Source: Vicugna vicugna (Eukaryota). From it: a DNA stretch of 64,000 nt. Position 1 is the stretch's first letter; every line of letters begins with the position of its first letter. Below, piece after piece: positions 1-11,910 of the stretch. The stretch spans positions 1,915,879 through 1,979,878 of the forward strand of contig MU057801.1 of NCBI GenBank assembly GCA_013265495.1, written 5' to 3'. A model generated the notes under the pieces. The model saw only the letters and a list, made by a program, of their open reading frames with translations, was not told the origin of the DNA and did not search any database. The position numbers and the translations under genes were made by a program.

Positions 1-289
1 CACTGTGCTGTTTCTTCTGACCTCCAGCCCCTGGACTCCAGGAACCTACCCTCACTGTCAGGAACACGCCCGCCCTGCTCCTGGTGGCAATGATGTCCTT
101 CAGGAAGGGGGACCCTGTGGAGGCATCAGCACCTGCAGCCATACGGGGGCTTCGGGAGATGCCAGGGTGCCTGTGGCAGGTCCCCCAGGTGCTTCCTGAC
201 AAACACCAGAGGGTGCACAGCCACCTCCATGTCCTTGATGTTCATCCCGAAGGTCTTGAGGATGAAGAAGACTCCTGGAGTGTGCAAAT

Positions 290-600
290 CACAGCCACGG
301 TGAGATACCACCTCACACTCACTTCCAGGGCCAAGATTTGTTTAGGAAAAGGAATGTAAGTGTTGGCACTCTAGTACGTGTCTGGTGGGAGGGTTCAATG
401 CTGCGCCCACTGTGGAGGGCAGTTCCTCAAAATAGTCACGTAGAGTTGCCCTGTGATTCATCAATTTCACTGCACAGTGTAGAGCCAAGGCTCCGAAAGC
501 AGGAACCTGGGTACACGGACACGTGTCCCAGCGGCGTCACTGCAGCCAAAAGGTGGCAACGGCCGGGATGTCAGGTGAATGGGTACATTCATGAATGAAT
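290..600 (+). mobile_element. Old degenerate L1 (L1M-type) fragment from the 3' end of ORF2
   Basis: GAGATACCACCTCACAC...GTTCCTCAAAA...TGCCCTGTGATTCATCAATTTCAC...GCAGCCAAAAGGTGG matches the L1 ORF2 tail pattern. Confidence 0.65.
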
Positions 601-865
601 TACATATACACACTCACATTTGTATTAATTGTATTAATTATATATTGTAGAATTAATTGTGTTAATAGTTATGTATTATTTAAATATATATTATCTATTA
701 ATTATATAGTATATAATTAATTGTACTAATATTTATATTATATAAATATATTATTGTGTGTTATTGATTACATATTACATAATGAATTGTATTAATAATT
801 ATATATTATATAAATATATTATTATTTAATAAGCAATACATATGTTGTAATAAAATGTATTAAAA
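595..865. repeat. AT-rich low-complexity tract
   Basis: Almost all A/T, with recurring TGTATTAAT and TATATTATATAAATATATT units. Confidence 0.9.
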
Positions 866-3619
866 CAACAGGTGTTCAGTGTTAGAGTAACCTTACAAAA
901 CACATAACGTAATCTAAATTGAAACTGAAGGATAAGATTAAAAATGTGAAGCAATTCCTCCCCTGATCGCGGGAAAACACCCACAGCTGTGCCCCTTTGC
1001 TGTGAAATTCCAGGAGTTCAAGTCTGAAGAGGTGCTGCTCTCCTTCCTGGCTTCTGTGGAAATTTAGGCTGAAGGATGAAGCTTGTTATGTGGCTGTTTT
1101 TAAGGTGCCTATTTTCTTTTCCAAATTTCCTCTGGAAAGACGGCGTGAGTGTTCGAACTCCTTCCATCAGGTCCGCCTGCCGTGACGACAGACGGGTGCC
1201 GGGACGTGCTGTGAGGATGAGGCCATGAGGCTGGCCCGCCCCCCGGAGGCTCTGGTGCCAGGACCCGGGCGTGGACACGTGTATTTGAGGGTCTCCAAAC
1301 ACAGAGCTGTCTTCCACTTTATACTCTGTGCAGTGGGAGCCCTCCAGGCGTCTAACCAGCTGTTTGCCTCTAATCAAATCCAGTCCCTTGGAAGGATAAG
1401 ACACGAGTCCTGAGAGTTCCAGTGAGAGCCAGAGATCACACAGCTGGGCGGCGCCGGCCTCGGGCGGGAAGGCGGGTTTCAAGGACAGCTTTGCGGGAGC
1501 TGACTCCCGAGGCTGCAGGCCTGCCTGGGGCGATCCTAATGCAGCGACACTGCGATGTCTGGAAAACAAAGATGGGGACGTCTCACTTCGGAGCAGAGCA
1601 AGGCAGAACAGGAGAAGGCAACTTGAAAAGAGGATTCTGCTTGATGAAGAACCGTCGTTTACAAAATGAAGTCCGTGAACGCGGTGCGTTATTGCCTCAC
1701 CCCTCCGCTCTGAAGAGGGCAAACTTCCAAGGAAGTTTCTAGGCTGAGTTATGTGAAGATGCCAAGATCTGGCTGTTTTCGGCCTGGGAGAACACCAAGT
1801 GCAAACGATCCAGCCTCACTCTGGGACACGGCCAGTCTCTCTCTGTGACATGGCCAGTAAACCCCTGCACGTGTGACGTCAAAGGAGAAAAATCTTCCCC
1901 TGACGTATTAAAAATATGCCTGAGTGGGGGCAGCTCTGACTGAAGGACAAGTCACCAGGAACGAAAATTAAACTGGCAATTAGCCACGTGTGAGTGCACG
2001 TCAGAGTCCCCCGAAAGGAAGGAAAATTGGAAAAATCAGATCAGCAAGGAAGCCTTTGAGACACACGGTGATGTTCAAAATAATGCACGAAGGATACAAA
2101 ATCCTCACGCCCCTTTTGAAAGTTCTCGGGCGGCGGCCACGACCAGTCCCTGAGAGCCAAAGCCAAGCCAAGGCCGGGGGGCTGCGGGCCCCGCGTGCAG
2201 GCAGCCGAGATACTGGCCGGACAAGGCCAGGGTTCCCACAAAGGCTCCTGTTCAGCAGAACAGGTACAAGACAGATGGCTCGTTAAACATTGCCAGCATA
2301 CTTGAGCGGTGCCATTCCGCGGTCAGAGCCTGGATAATGGTCATAGGGACATTGTGTGGCCGCGAGCTGGCTAATCTCAACCCCGGCCAAAGCTGCTGCT
2401 TATCTCTGTTGGTTTTGCGGAGACTGAGGCCGCTGCTCTGCTCTGAAGGCGCCCCAGCTGCCCGGCGAAGCATTCCTGAAGTTGTGCCTGAATCCCCGCC
2501 GTAGGGAGGGCCCGGCAGGACTTGGCTCAGCAGGGACTTGCTCGGCTCGTCCTTGGAGTCGCTTCTGCCCCTTCGATCGGGGCCACGCTCTGCTGGGACG
2601 TGTGGGCAGGACAGTCCGGAGCCACGGTGGTCTTTGCCGTCTCCCCCGGGGGCTTCAAAGCACATCGGCTGTAGAGTGAGATTTCCCATCAGGACAGATT
2701 CATCTGCTATTTCTGTGGATGAGGGTGAACCCTGCCGTAAATGCCGCCCAGTGCATCGTGGGAGGCGGTGGTTCCAATTAAACGTGTTTGCTTTCGGAAG
2801 GGGGGCCCTTGGCTCCTTATCTTTATGTACAAAAGAAAACAGCACTCGGCCTGGCCCCTGCCGCCCACGGGAGCAGCCCTGGCCGCTCAGCCGGCCGGGC
2901 TCGACCTGCGCTCCCGCCCGCCACCAAAGGCGCGGGGTGGGGGCCGCGCGGGGGCCCGGCGCACGGAGGTGCCCAGGGCCCGGGGCCGCGGCCGGCTGTG
3001 GGCGTTACCTGGGCCTGATCGACGGGGCGCTTCGGGCAGCTGCAGCGTCTCCCCCTTCTCTGGCAGGCAGCGCAGGGCCGCCCCTTCGCTGAACCAGCAC
3101 TCTGCTTGGCTGAGTGGCCTCCTCTGCTCAAATTCCCAGCTGTAAAATCAGGGAGCCCTGCCCTGCAGGTAAGCTTTCAAATTAGTCTTTTGGACAAAAG
3201 CAAGGAAGAAGCCAAGGAAGTTGCTTCTCCCTGTCTCTCTCTCACACCCTCACACACACACACTCTCACACACACGCCCCCGGCCTCAGGGTCTCTCCTT
3301 GGCCTCAGGTGTGCTCAGGGAGAGCTAACCAGTAGCCTCTGGTGCGCAGCTCAGCGCTGAGGATGGATCCTGAGGAAATGAAAGCCATTTCATTTCTAAA
3401 GAACCTTCCGTCTAGAAACAGCAGAACGGGAGAAACCAGAGGGAAGTGACCTGCTGAATTCTGTGTCACCGAACGACTGGAATTCAAGAGAAACGCACAG
3501 GCTGGGAGGGTCAAGGTCGCCCCAGAATTCTCGTCACCTTGAAAGGGACTTTGTACAGCTCCTCAGGTGCGAAGGACTGAAATAACAATGACCCCGCGCC
3601 CAGGGCGCCACTCCTGATT

Positions 3620-3724
3620 CATTTTACTTACTTGCTTTTTCTTTTTCAATGGCAGCTCTAGGGATGGAACCCAGGACCTCGTGCATGCTAAGCTCGCGCT
3701 CTGCCACTGAGCTACACCCTCCCC
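3620..3724 (-). mobile_element. tRNA-Ala-derived SINE (camelid Vic-1-like)
   Basis: Minus strand GGGTGTAGCTCAGTGGCAGAGCGCGAGCTTAGCATGCACGAGGTCCTGGGTTCCATCCC: A box, AGC anticodon-like loop, degenerate B box, A-rich tail. Confidence 0.8.
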
Positions 3725-3949
3725 GGCTTTGTTTTGTCACGTCCCCTCCGCCTCCCGCCCGAGTTCTGGCTCCCACGCCGCACGCTGGCACAGCCCGTCG
3801 CCTCCACCCGCACGTGGGCCAGGGGGACGGCGCCAGCTGTCACAGCGTCCGCTTAGCAGAGGGGTGGCTTTTCCAATTCGAAGTCAGCTCTCTTTGCTCC
3901 CTCTCGTCAGCAGTCACCGTTTGCTCCTGTGACATCGTCCGTATGACCT

Positions 3950-4515
3950 GGCTTTAAGATGAACTGGTGTATAGAGTTTCATATCCACGTTTGTTCCCTC
4001 ACTTTACAAAGAACCGGGTTTTACTGGGGATTTGGTGCCGTGTCGCCAATGTCCCTTCTCTCCTTTTTATGCTCCTCTTTCCTGTTACTTTGGTTTTATT
4101 CTCTTCTTCTCTTTTTTTCCCCAGTGTGTTACACCCTTAGGTCTTTAGTTTCCCACGTGTCTTGTTTACTATAATGTATTCAAAATTGCATAAAATTTCA
4201 AGTGCAACTTGGGTACTGGACACAGAATTTGACACAGGACGCTTTCATTCTTGGTCATTTTTAAGTATTTTGTGATGACTTTTTAAATGTTCTCTGAATT
4301 GAAATAACTATGCAGTGTACGCTATAATCTTTCATGGGCCCATGAGATGCCTGAAGCTCTCTTGTTGTTGCTAATTTCTTATTTTACTTCGTTACGATCG
4401 GAGAGTGAAACCTGTGTATGTTGATAATCGCATATTTATTAAAGCTTCTTTTGCTCTGTGAGAACTAAAAACGAATATTCTCTGCTTGTGGGTGTATGTT
4501 TATGTGCATCTATTA
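3950..4515 (-). mobile_element. Old antisense L1M-type fragment
   Basis: T-rich, L1-antisense-like phrases such as TTGTTGCTAATTTCTTATTTTACTTCGTTACGATCGGAGAG and GAATATTCTCTGCTTGTGGG. Confidence 0.5.
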
Positions 4516-4518
4516 GAC

Positions 4519-4984
4519 CAGCATTATCCGGCGCAAACGCAATGCAAGCCACGTGTATATAACAAAGTAAAAACACACTAGTGGAATAAATTTTAATTAT
4601 GTATTTTATTGAACCCAATACACCCAAAATAGGATAATCTCCGCATGTGTGAAAGCATCAGTGTGGCACTTCACGTCTGTTTTCCGTATTAAGTATCAGG
4701 AGCCTGGGGGAATTTTACACGCGTAATCACTAAATTCACGTCAGATACACTTCACCTGTATCTAGATTTCAGTTCACAATCTGAAGAGTGGATTCACAAA
4801 GCCAAGTAGCTCCAAGTGCAGGGAAAGCGTTCCAGGGCCTGAATCGAGTGTTAGCTTTTTTAGCTGAAATTTCTTAACGTTAAATAAGGTTAAAATTCGG
4901 TGCCTCGTTTGTATTAGCCACACCCGCAGCTAGAGAGTCACGCGCAGCTTCGGGGACCAGCAAGACCGCGCTGGATCACGCTAG
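4519..4984 (+). mobile_element. hAT-Charlie DNA transposon relic (MER33/Charlie1-like)
   Basis: CAGCATTATCC start; AAATTTTAATTATGTATTTTATTGAACCCAATACACCCAAAATA and TATTAGCCACA motifs typical of MER33/Charlie1. Confidence 0.65.
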
Positions 4985-6965
4985 TAATTGCTTCAAAAAT
5001 ATTCCAAATCCTGGCTCACTTTTTGGTGTATTAGATCAGAAAGTGCTGACTTCAGCGACCAGGGAGGCCTCCTGCCGCCGCGGTCCTGTAGGAGACCCTG
5101 CCCTCTGGGGTCGTGTGCGACGTCGCCCGTTCACCTTCTCTCTCCCTGGCGATGTGAGAGGGGGCCCTGCTGCCCGCCGTCCTGCTCTGCCTCGCACTCC
5201 CCGTGCCTACCTTCCTGCCATCCCCAGGGGCTCCGACCCTGGTTCCCTCGTCTGCTCCTCCAGTGCTTCCATCCCCAGGTTCGGTCCCTCTGCTGGGCTC
5301 TTCATCTCAGCCGCTGCCATCTGTCAGCGGCCGTGGGTGCCTGTTCTGTGTCTCCGGGTCTCTCTGAGGACGTTTACTAAGGTTCCCTTCATTCACACCC
5401 TGCCTGACCTACCAGTGCTGCCCTCAGCGTCTCGGGGCCGCGGCCGCTAGTGTAGACGGCTCGGCTATTGAGCCTGCTCCTGGGGAATCTTTTCCTTGTG
5501 AGCTCACGCGCCCTGGGGACTGCCAGCTGCCCTGGTTGGTCAGGTGTCCCTAGAAGGAGGAGCCAAGGCCCAGCCCGGGCCCCCCGCACCCCCGGGGAGG
5601 ACACTAGTGGGGGTGGAGTGCGGGGAAGGACCCCCGAGTGACCGGCCCCCATGCCAGGTGATGGGCCCCGCCGGAGGGCTGCTGGAGCCTGGCCCCTTTC
5701 CACGGCCGCCTCCTTTGAAATCCTCACCCACCTGGTGGAGGAGGGCGTGCTCGGGGCCCGCCAGGGTGCTGCCTCTGGTTATCAGCCCTGCACCCCAGCT
5801 GGTCCCATGCAGTCACGGGGCTGGTAGGCGGCTCCCTGCCAAGATGATGGGGCAAACAGCCCTTGGCTCCAAGAAATGCCGGGAGAGAAAGGCACATGAG
5901 GGGACCCCAGCCAACCTCCCTCTGCCCCCTGGGGTGCATCTCCCTGACTCACTGTGAGAACCAGCACCCATCCCGCTCCCCACGGGTCCCTGTGTCTGGA
6001 TTTAATAAAAGGCTCCATCTCTGTTTCCCCGGTCCTCCCTCTGACCAGAAAAAGCAAATCTCAGAAAGCGACTTTAAAGAATTACATGTGAAAGAATTGA
6101 CCAGAACCATTTCACTGTTTTCTTTCACCATGAATTTCAACAAATTCTGGAAACTTCAGTCAGATTCAGTCAGAGACCTTTCCCAAGCTCATCAGTGAGG
6201 TGGGGAGAATAACGGAACCTTGCCCCCTGGGCTTGGGGACAGTCAGGTAATGCCCTGCAGGGCCCAGCACCTAGTAAGTGTTCACGGATCAGGAAGAGGG
6301 CCCACCCTGAGCCCCCTGGGCCCCCGCTCCTTTGGCCACGCTGACCTGCTGAGACGATTAAATGCCTAGCATCATGCCCAGCTGGATAAATGCTCCCTGA
6401 AAAAATCCCCAGGTAATCAGCATATCAAGCTCTTAAAGCCACCACAACACGTGACCGCTCCCAGCCGCACTCTGCTGCTCAGGGTTTGGCGACAAGCAGT
6501 ACGCAGGGCAGAGCCTTATAATCGCCTGGCCCAGGGCTTTCTACCAACCTTCTCCAGGCTCATCCCAGCCGTCCTTCATCTATGAGGTGTGCACACACCT
6601 GCCAGCGGGGAGGAGGGGGTCAGGGGAGCCCCTTCTCCTCACACGTCCCCTCTCAACTCTAGAAACAGGGCGTCTGACCTTGACCATCGCGTTCTTATGC
6701 AGAAATAATAAAGGAGCCTCAACCTTGCAGACCTCAGTGGTAGATCCAACGGCATCAAGTTTACCTCGGTGCTTAGATGTGCCTGGGAACTAAGAGTCAG
6801 GCTGACGAGTCATTCATAGGATTTAGGATGGCCGCCCTAAAACGTAACTCGTTCACAGCACTAGAACTTGGGGTACATTTCCAGTCGTGCGTTTATCACA
6901 GAGACAAGCAAACAAAATCGGTCTTTCGGACTAGACTGTTTCCTGCCTTGGGGACTGTTCAGACT

Positions 6966-7212
6966 CTCAGTGTCCAGTACGGTGGCCGTGAGCCATGTGG
7001 CCGTTAAGTCCTGGAGAGCTGGCTGGCCCAGACTGACATGTGCTTTGAGTATCAAATACACGTTCAATTTTGATGACTTAATAAGCAAAAAAAAAGTGTA
7101 AAAATCTACTTAATATGTTTACATTGATGACACGCTGACAATGTTTGGCTATATTAGGTTACATAAAATATTATTAAAATTAATTTTTCATCTTTGTTTT
7201 TATTTTTTAGGG
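6966..7212 (-). mobile_element. MER33-like hAT-Charlie relic
   Basis: GTGTCCAGTACGGTGGCCGTGAGCCATGTGGCCGTTAAG...GGCTATATTAGGTTACATAAAATATTATTAAAATTAATTT, the reverse of the MER33 pattern. Confidence 0.7.
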
Positions 7213-9430
7213 TTAGTTATAGTTCTATAATTTCTCTGTGTAATTCACACCATGCTTATCAAATATTACTTGTTAATAATATTATTAACAAATATTATTT
7301 GTTCAGCTAAAAGGCCATTTTAATGAGGATTTTAACAAGGGACCATGTGTTTGAGGCGGGTCATCTGCAAAGGGTCCTTAGACACCTAAGATGATACTCA
7401 AGTTATTTCAAAGGTACCGTACCCATTCACTGATCTACTCACTTGGGAATTCCCCGTGCCGGGCACCGCCAGGCCTCGGCGGTTCCCTGCTACTGTGAGG
7501 TCATCTTCCCAGGAACAGAGGCGGCCAGTAAGCAATATAAACAGAAGTAACTGAATTTTGGTGCACGCTCTTGGCCGACAGATGCGATGGAAAGAATAAA
7601 GACGGGGAAGTGAGGGAAAGTGGGCGCTTGCATTACCACGGTAAACACGGTGTTTTCCTAAAGAAAGTGATACTGGAGCAACAATGTGCTAACCACGTTC
7701 ACCACGTGGGAGAGAGGACGCGCTCCAGAAGGACTGGGGGGCGTGGGACCAGAGCTGCGAGAGAAGGCGATAACGTCGGTGGGCGGGGCATGCAGGAAAT
7801 CCGGGGACGCCATTGGTGAGTGCTGAGGAGGGGCGGGGCTTAAACCACATTGCGCAGGAAATGCAGGAAGACAAAAGCTCCCTGCCCTGAAGGAGCTCGC
7901 AGCAAAGTGGCAAGAAAGACGCTCGCGTGTGAGAATGAGTTCCCTGCACCCAGGCCTGCGGGGAGGGAGAGGGGATTCCGCCTCGCTGTCAGGGGCAGGC
8001 AAGCCAGGCTTTAGTCAGGCTATTCGGGGAGGTATGAAAATTCATCAGACCAGAAAAAGAAGTGGAAAGACCTTCGGAGGCCAAGAAACAGCCCGTGCAG
8101 GGTCCAGAGCTGACAAAGGTGGATGATGTGGGACTCGCAAGTACAGCGTGGACACTGGGCTGCCTGTGGGAAGAGGCCCAGCTTGAGAGAGGACTGGAAC
8201 TGGGCCTGCTCACCAGGATGGGTGCGGAGCCAGGGGCTTGGACCTCCTGCCAGCAGCCGTGAGGGGTCGGAAGCTTCTGGGCAGGACAGCACAAAGTCAG
8301 AGCTGTGTTTGAAGGATGTCCTGTGACCCTATGAAGAGCAGGTTGGAGTGCCGACAAGCCACAGATGGAGAGAGGAGCTGGGGAGCTATCAGACTTTCCC
8401 CAAGTTTCGTGGCGGGTCTTCTCTAGAGAGGCTGGGAAGTAAAGGACGGGCTGATTGGAGAGATTTGGGGGCTTAATGCTTGAGAGTCAGTGACCCATTG
8501 AAATGCGGGCTTTCTTATGTGGAAAATAGAACAAAACACGATCCCCTGCTTTCTAATTTGGGAGCTGTTGGGTGTTGTTATGAACTGAGACAGGAAAGGC
8601 AGAGGGAGAGAAACATGCTCCAAACATGCTGCATTCGGGGTGTGTGTTACTTTGGATCTCCCCAGACTATGAAAGAAGGATTAATTTGTAAGCCATGACC
8701 TTGGAAGGTGACCTTGTGAACAATCGGAGAGAAGCTGGAGAACAAGACAGGGCAGAGAAAGCTCTTCTGCCAAACTGCAGCCCTGCTGTGTTTGTGGGCT
8801 CAGCCCCGCAGGGCCCTCTGGGAGAAGCAAGGAGCAGGCATCAGAATCACTCCACCCAGGGGAGAGGGACCCGGGCTATTTATTCACCAGTTTCCCCAGA
8901 GGCATTGGTTCCCGACTCCCTCAGATGTAGGAGGCCTGAGAAAACCCTCAGGCAGAGAGGAAGGGGCTCCCAGGAGGAAGTGCTGGGTGCCGTGTGCATG
9001 CAGATGGAGAGGCGTGGGTGCATTAAGAACATCCCCGAAAGGCGCCCATGCAGGCTGTGGAGAATACAAACATGAAGTTCCAGTGAGAGATGATCTAATG
9101 CCTCCAGCCTATTTGGCTCTCAGTAGCCTAGGCCTTTTCAAAGTGCTCTCTTTTCCAAATGCCCTTTGCGGTGAAGACCCTCCATGTGTGCACGTGGGCC
9201 CCATCTGCCTGTCCCCCGCCGCAGCGACCCAGGTGAGGCTGCACTGAACTTGTGCACCAGCTCTCCTCCCTCAGTGGAAGCCCACCTTGCCGGACGTGAA
9301 GCCGTGGGATGTTATTCCTACATCTCCTGAGAGGGACATTTTTCCAAGATTTTCTCTCTTAGAGGCAAGTTCATTCTATCAGACAAGTGGGTGTCCCTGT
9401 GACAGAGTCCAGCTTTCTAAAGAGCAAACA

Positions 9431-11662
9431 TTTTGGTGAGGATTTTAGCATCTGTGTTCATCAGTGATATTGGTCTGTAATTCTCTTTTTTGGTGGTGTC
9501 TTTGCCTGGTTTGGGTATCAGGGTGATGGTGGATTCATAGAATGAGTTTGGGAGTATTCCCTCCTTTTCTCTGGAAGAGTTTGGGAAGGACTGGTATGAG
9601 TTCTTCTTTGTATGTTTGGTAGAATTCCCCGGTGAAGCTGTCTGGTCCTGGACTTTTATCTGTAGGGAGGTTTTTTTTATTGCTATTTCGATTTCATTTC
9701 TAGTGATCGGTTTGTTCAAGTGATCGGTTTCTTCTTGGTTCAGTCTTGGTGGACTGTATGTTTCTAGAAACTTGTCCATCTCCTCTAGGTTGTCCAGTTT
9801 GGTTCCATATAGTTTTTCATAATATTCTCATAGGATAGTCTGTATTTCTATGTTGTTTGTTGTAATTTCTCCATTTTCCTTTCTTATTTTGCTCATTTGT
9901 GCTCTCTCTTTTTTCTTCTTTGTGAGTTTGGCCAGAGATTTGTTGATTTTGTTTACTTTTTCAAAAAATCAGCTTTTGGTTTGATTGATTTTTTCTGTGG
10001 TTTTTTTAATCTCTATTTTATTTATTTCCTCCCTGATCTTTATTATTTCCTTTCTTCTGCTGCCTTTTGGGGGGTTTGGCTCTTCTTTTTCTAAATCTTC
10101 TAGCTGGTGGGATAGACTGTTTATTTGAGATGGTTCTTCAGAAAATACTACAGAGCCACAGTCATCAAGACAGCATGGTACTAGTACAAAAACAGACATA
10201 TGGACCAATGGAACAGAATAGAGAGCCCAGAAACGAACCCACAAACTTTTGGTCAACTCATATTCGACAAAGGAGGCAAGAATATACAATGGAATAAAGA
10301 CAGTCTCTTCAGCAAATCTTGTTGGGAAAACTGGACAGCAGCATGTAAAGCAATGAAGCCAGAATACTCACTTACACCACACACAAAAATAAACTCAAAA
10401 TGGATCAAAGACTTAAACATAAGACAAGATACAATAAACCTTCTAGAAGAAAATAGAGGCAAAACAGTATCTCACATACATCTCAAAAATGTTCTCCTAG
10501 GCCAGTCTACCCAAGCAATAGAAATAAAAGCAAGAACAAACAAATGGGACCTAATGAAACTTACAAGCTTCTGCACAGCAAAGGAAACCATAAGTAAAAC
10601 AAAATGACAACCTACAGAATGGGAGAAAATTTTTGTAGGTGAAACCGACAAAGGCTTGATCTCAAGAATATATAAGCAGCTCATACAACTTAATAAGAAA
10701 AAAACAAACAACACAATCCAAAAATGGGCAGAAGACCTAATCAAGCAATTCTCCAAGGAAGAAATACAAATGATCAATAGGCACATGAAAAAATGCTGAA
10801 TATCACTAATTATAAGAGAAATGCAAACCAAAACTATAACGAGGTATCACCTCACACCAGTCAGAATGGCCATCATTCAAAAGTCCACAAATGACAAATG
10901 CTGGAGAGGCTGTGGAGAAAAGGGAGCCCTCCTACACTGCTGGTAGGAATGCAGTTTGGTGCAGCTACTGAGGAAAACAGTATGGAGGTTCCTCAAAAGA
11001 CTAGGAGTAGACTTACCATATGACCCAGGAATCCTGCTCCTGGGCATATATCCAGAAGGAACCCTACTTCAGGATGACACCTGCACCCCAATGGTCATAG
11101 CAGCACTATTTACAATAGCCAAGACATGGAAATGGCCTAAATGTCCATCAACAGATGACTGGATGAAGAAGAAGTGGTATATTTATACAATGGAATACTA
11201 CTCAGCCATAAAAACTGACAATATAATGCCATTTGCAGCAACATGGATGCTCCTGGAGAATGTCATTCTAAGTGAAGTAAGCCAGAAAGAGGAAGAAGAA
11301 TACTATATGAATCACTCACATGTGAAATCTAAAACAAAACAAAACAAAAAAAAAAAACCATAAATACAAAACAGAAACAGACTCATAGACGTAGAATACA
11401 AACTTGTGGTTTCCAAGAGGGCAGGGGGGTGGGAAGGGACAGACTGGGATTTCAAAATGTAGAATAGACAAACAAGATTATACGGTATAGCACAGGGAAA
11501 TATATACAGGATCTTATGGTAGCTCACAGCAAAAAAAAATGTGACAATGAATATATGCATGTTCATGTATAAGTGAGAAATTGTGCTCTTCACTGGAATT
11601 TGACACAACATTGTAAAATGACTATAACTCAAGAAAAAATGTTAAATAATAAATAAATAAAT
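9431..11662 (+). mobile_element. 5'-truncated, 5'-inverted LINE-1 (ORF2 remnants + 3' UTR + A-rich tail) with 12-bp TSD
   Basis: 9431-10138 is antisense ORF2 (MDKFLETY...[18 protein letters not shown]). 10136-11662 is sense ORF2 C-terminus (DQWNRIESPE...CWENW...FAATWM) ending in a (TAAA)n tail. TSD AAAGAGCAAACA 9419-9430 / AAAGAGTAAACA 11663-11674. Disrupted by stops and frameshifts. Confidence 0.95.
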
Positions 11663-11749
11663 AAAGAGTAAACAGCAAACTCCGAAGTGGACCCGTGTCA
11701 CCACCGTTCCTGAATCTGAGCTGGAATTTTAGCTTTAGAAGAACAGTTA

Positions 11750-11910
11750 CACAGTGGATTTAGGGTCAGAAGATTTGCCTTTAATTCCAGCTCAGCTACT
11801 CTGAGCTGGTAAATTCCAAACAAATTTCAACCTCTCTGAGCCTCAGTTTCTCCACTGATAAAGTGAAAGGGTTAGCCTGCACTCGGATGACTTTTGAGGT
11901 ACCACCTGTT
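11750..11910 (+). mobile_element. MIR SINE
   Basis: Core AACCTCTCTGAGCCTCAGTTTCTCCACTGATAAAGTG. Confidence 0.75.

Noticed and set aside
3650..3724. tRNA-Ala gene
   Set aside because: Mismatched acceptor stem, degenerate B box and A-rich tail indicate a SINE.
9417..11363. ORFs with reverse-transcriptase-family similarity as a host gene
   Set aside because: Broken L1 ORF2 fragments with stops and frameshifts, lacking the endonuclease and most of the RT.
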